From Takakia lepidozioides (lineage: Eukaryota > Plantae > Bryophyta), in NCBI GenBank assembly GCA_030704615.1, contig CM060732.1:9486001-9550000 (forward strand): a stretch of DNA of 64,000 nucleotides, given 5' to 3'. The notes beneath the pieces are model-generated. The model did not search any database and was not told the origin of the DNA. It worked only from the letters and a program-made list of their open reading frames with translations. The position numbers and the translations under genes were made by a program. The first letter of the stretch is position 1; each line of letters begins with the position of its first letter. Below are positions 60,195-64,000 of this stretch, in pieces.

Positions 60195-61314
60195 ATTGTT
60201 TGGACAATCTTTCCTTCTCAGTTCCACAGGGAATTTGATTCACATCAAATTCTTTAATTCTCCAACCACCATGATCCCACCAGATGCCTGTCACATCTGG
60301 TTGTTCATGACCCAGTTCCCCAGTATGGTCGCCAAATGTCGAGCGGCTTTTACTCACCCATCCCTTCGCTATCCGAGGTGGAAACTCCAAGATAGAAGAG
60401 TTGGATATCTCTAAGCACTCAACCCGCTCAGAACAATCAGTCATGACCTACAGCTAGTGAATCATGGTAGTGCTTCCTATTTGTATTCCTTCTTACCTTC
60501 ATGTTATCAATTTACCTTACCGTGTATACTGAAGCATCAGATTGCTTCAGTATCTACTATGTTCCAATTAATCATGCATTCATTCCACAGCTTCTCTCAT
60601 GTCTCTCTACACAGTATGTTTGTATCGATTCAGTATCGGATTAAGATTAATCATGTATCATGCCTATGCCATGGTGTCCCTAATCTACCCTACTGTATAA
60701 TTTTACAGCTTGCATGAATTAAGCCTCAATCAAGTCATCATCTCCTCTTCACTGTTTCCGCTCTCTGTTACGTCTCCCCTTTCTGAACAAGTCGCCCTCC
60801 TCCCGAAGTGCTCCTCTTCCTGTTGCCGCCCTGCCTAATCTACCCACAAGCTGTTCTAACCACCTAACTAACTAACCGTCACCCCTAAAGTAACATGTTC
60901 CCTTTGCAGATGTCGTTCCCTGTCAATGATAACTGTTCCCCATGTACACTGTGACAGGCTGTGTCAAGCTGTGCCGAGCTGTGACTGGCTGTGTATAGCT
61001 GTGTCGGGCTGTGACTGGCTGTGCGAAGCTGTGTGGGGCTGTGTAAAGCTGTGTCGGGCTGTGACTGGCTGTGCGAAGCTGTGTGGGGCTGTGTAAAGTT
61101 GTGTGGGGCTGTGCGAAGCTGTGTCGGGTTGTATCAGACTGTGTCTAGCTGTGATAGACCGTGACAAGCTGTCTACCCCCCCCCCCCTAAAGCCTGCGCT
61201 TGCCACCCCTAAGGCTCTTGTTGGTCTCAGTCTACCATTCATAAGTCTGCGCAAAAATTAAGGGTACCCCACAGAACCCGTAAAAGCGTCTAAGTCCCAA
61301 GCAGCCCCCTAACA
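60195..61314 (-). mobile_element. 5' LTR (60337-61314), PBS and start of leader of a diverged family C copy
   Basis: Reverse complement starts TGTTAGGGGGCTGCTTGGGAC and ends CTCGACA, followed by TTTGGCGACCATACTGGGG; contains the CACAGC minisatellite. Confidence 0.93.
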
Positions 61315-64000
61315 GGACTAAATTTCTTCCAAGCCAAATCCAGCACAATGGGAATTTGGTTGAAGGGCATAATCATAGCCTGACTGTACTCCCGTGCAGC
61401 AGGAGTCCTAGGTGGGTTAAAAGCAGCATCCCCCCATACCTCAGGCTGTGGTTTTGCTGTAGTAGCAACAGGGTCAGCTACATGCACAGCCACTTGCTGT
61501 GGTATTGGTACCACTGGCCCTTCTACCATTGGCATCTCCTGTGAAGAAGACTGAAAAATTAGAGTCCTGGCATGTAAATAAGTAGCCATCAGCTGCTCCT
61601 CAGGAACAAAGACTCTCTTGTCAATATTTGAACTCAGGTCATCCACTTGAGTCTGTAGGCCTTCCACATCCTCCTGTAGCTCCGCTATCCTACTATAGAC
61701 ATTGTCTATAGTAGTTGTGGCAATGTTTTGCACCTGCAATCTGAGCTTATTCATCTCGTCCTGGGTGAGCTTCCTTGGTGTTTTGCCTTCTACCGGCCCT
61801 TGTGCTAACCATACCTACATAAGGTGGTTATCCACCAAGTCCTGTGTGGCACCCCTGAGAGTCTGCTCCTCCGTGAGTCTGTACACATCTAATTGCTGCT
61901 GTAAAGCCTCCATACGCTTCGCATGAGGTTCAACCAGACCTGCATAGGCAGCAGCCAGATTATTGGCTTCCTTCCAAGCCTTGTTAGCCACAGAGAGTTC
62001 ATTTCTATTGACCATGACTGTTTGTTGCAACTCCAAGATGTACCTCTCCTGGTTAGCCTCAACCTGTCTGTATTGTTTGAAAGTATTCTCATTACGACAG
62101 ATTGTATTCTTCATATCAACAATGAGTTTTGCTTGCTCTATTATCTCAGCTTCTGCCTTCATACATCTCTCCCCTTGTCTGTTAACTTCTAATGTAGTTT
62201 GCTCAAGAGTAGTTGTGAGTGTAGCACATTGTATGGTCATCTTCTCATGTACTGCCTCCAACTCAGTATTTAGTACATTCACTTCTTGCAACTTGCCCTC
62301 ATGTTTCACCTACAATTGGTATAACTGTTGCTTATGTGCTTCATGCAACTGGTCCTGCTTCAATCAAATGTCCCTTGGCCAACTGCAAAGCAGCCTTTGT
62401 GTCCTCCAATTCTTGCTGTAACTTGAGATTGACCTCCTCATCTACCTTGTTAGCACACTCAGTGGCAATTCAAGCCTCAAACTCCTTCCTGAGTTCCTCC
62501 CTCAAAGCTGCCAATTGGGTAGATAGAACATGGGATTTCACATAAGTACCCAACAAATTAAGTGTCCTGCTTATGGAACTCATAAGCATGGCCTGCTGAG
62601 GGTCATCATGGTGAACTTGCTGCTGTTCTTCCTGATCGCCCACAGTGTGATGCCTCACCAACCATTCAGGCCATTGCCCCACCAGATTCTCTTCCTGAAC
62701 CACCTCATCCTCCACATGTGTTGCAGTGTCCTTATATTCTACCTCTGGTACCTCCGTCACAGGTGTGGGTATTACATGTACAGCAGGGTTTTCCCTGGAC
62801 AAACGCTGCACCTCTAGAACCACTGATTCCCTTACCAAGCCAGAGTTTTCATAGAGAAGGTCACCCTTCTCAATTTCAGCCACGACCTGCTCTGTAGTGG
62901 GAATGTCCAACCTTTCTCCGTCCAGAGCAATTGGGGGTGGTGTCACAGCATGTTCTAACTGTGGAACCTCTAAGACAACTGAGTCAACTGGCTGTGGTGG
63001 CTGTGGTACCAAATTGACTTCCTCTTCCCTCTCCAAAGGCCGTGCTTCCAATAAGAACAGCCCCCTGTGCTGCTGTGCCCCATCCTGCACAAGAGCTTGG
63101 GAAACATCATCTTGTGGTTTCCGTGAAGCCAGTGGATCCGCCACTACAGTCATACCCCGCTTTTGTCTCTTAGACTGGTGTTGCCCTGCCAGTCCACCCT
63201 CACTATGTGAAGAGCCCTACTCTTCAATTGCAGTGGTTACTGCCTCAAACACTCCCATCTCCTTACGTTCCCGAGTATCAAGTATGCAAGAGTCAAGAAT
63301 GATTTGGGCAATGACTGGACCAGACACAATGATCGGAGACTTAGCAGCAGTGCCCTGTAACCTCTTCATCTCGTCCACCAGACCATTGTACATTAACTCC
63401 GCCCAAGCTACATCCTCTCCCCTCAAAGCTTTCAGGATCTCCTCTGTGAATGACCTGCTCAAATATTGTTGGTTCTGTTTCATGGCAAACAGAACGTTCA
63501 ATATTTGGCCAACTTCTCTGAGCCCTGGGTACTCGGCTTTGGTACAAGCGTAACCTTGAGTCTTAAAGAAACTCCCTTCTTGGAACAAATTCCCTATCTG
63601 CAATCTTGCCCTGTGCTCATCCACATCCACATGACCCGATGGCAAATCCAACAATTGCTGCAAGTACTGGGGAGTAATTTCTATATCTACTCCCCTCACC
63701 TGGGTAACTCCTGTCTGAGGCTCAAAGTTCTGAAGAAATTGAATCATATACTGCCGATGATGCAAGGATTAGTCATTGCGTAGCAGCCCCTCCAATCGCA
63801 ACTCCCTCAGCAGCTGCACTGCCTGCGGTGTAGCAATTGTTTGCTTCTGCAGAATCGTGGTGCTCTTCACCCTGATATCCTCCATTCCCCTCACTCTCTT
63901 CATTCTAGACAAACAGAAAGGCTTTGTTTGAAACAGCTGAAGGAAAGCTTGCAGGGCACAGAGCATGAAGATATGGTTGGCACAGAATGGAACAGGTAAG
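61315..64000 (-). pseudogene. Extra ORF of a further family C copy (runs off the window)
   Basis: Colinear with about 46937-49649; several frameshifts and stops. Confidence 0.93.

Overview
Gene-poor, transposon-saturated eukaryotic DNA, almost certainly from a land plant: it contains PLS-class PPR fragments, a DRM fragment, CACTA transposases and GT-AG introns. A non-seed plant host is my inference. There is no intact host gene. The window resolves into nested elements, several confirmed by target-site duplications (TSDs). A CACTA transposase gene has an intron interrupted by Gypsy element B (12532-33352, TSD CACAA). Element B is interrupted by a PPR-carrying Pack-CACTA (14413-31984, TSD CAC), which in turn holds the most unusual object here, Gypsy-type element A (16514-28138, TSD ATGC). 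Element A encodes a DNMT3/DRM-like cytosine methyltransferase between protease and RT, and a PHD finger after integrase. It has no tRNA primer site; instead, a hairpin loop in the LTR is complementary to the PBS position, suggesting self-priming. It also has split, circularly permuted terminal repeats (A-internal-B-A-B) opened at a palindrome, GACAGCTGTC. The right half holds a putative large DNA element (ParB/Srx-fold gene, array of 30-bp palindromes, divergent Cys/His-rich ORF) split by a complete Athila/Tat-like Gypsy C (38247-51514, TSD CCCCC) with a long extra ORF. It also contains a MULE-SWIM transposase and fragments of further Gypsy C copies. An amino-methyltransferase-like gene remnant lies at the window start. 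All assignments come from motif reading and manual alignment only; no searches were run.
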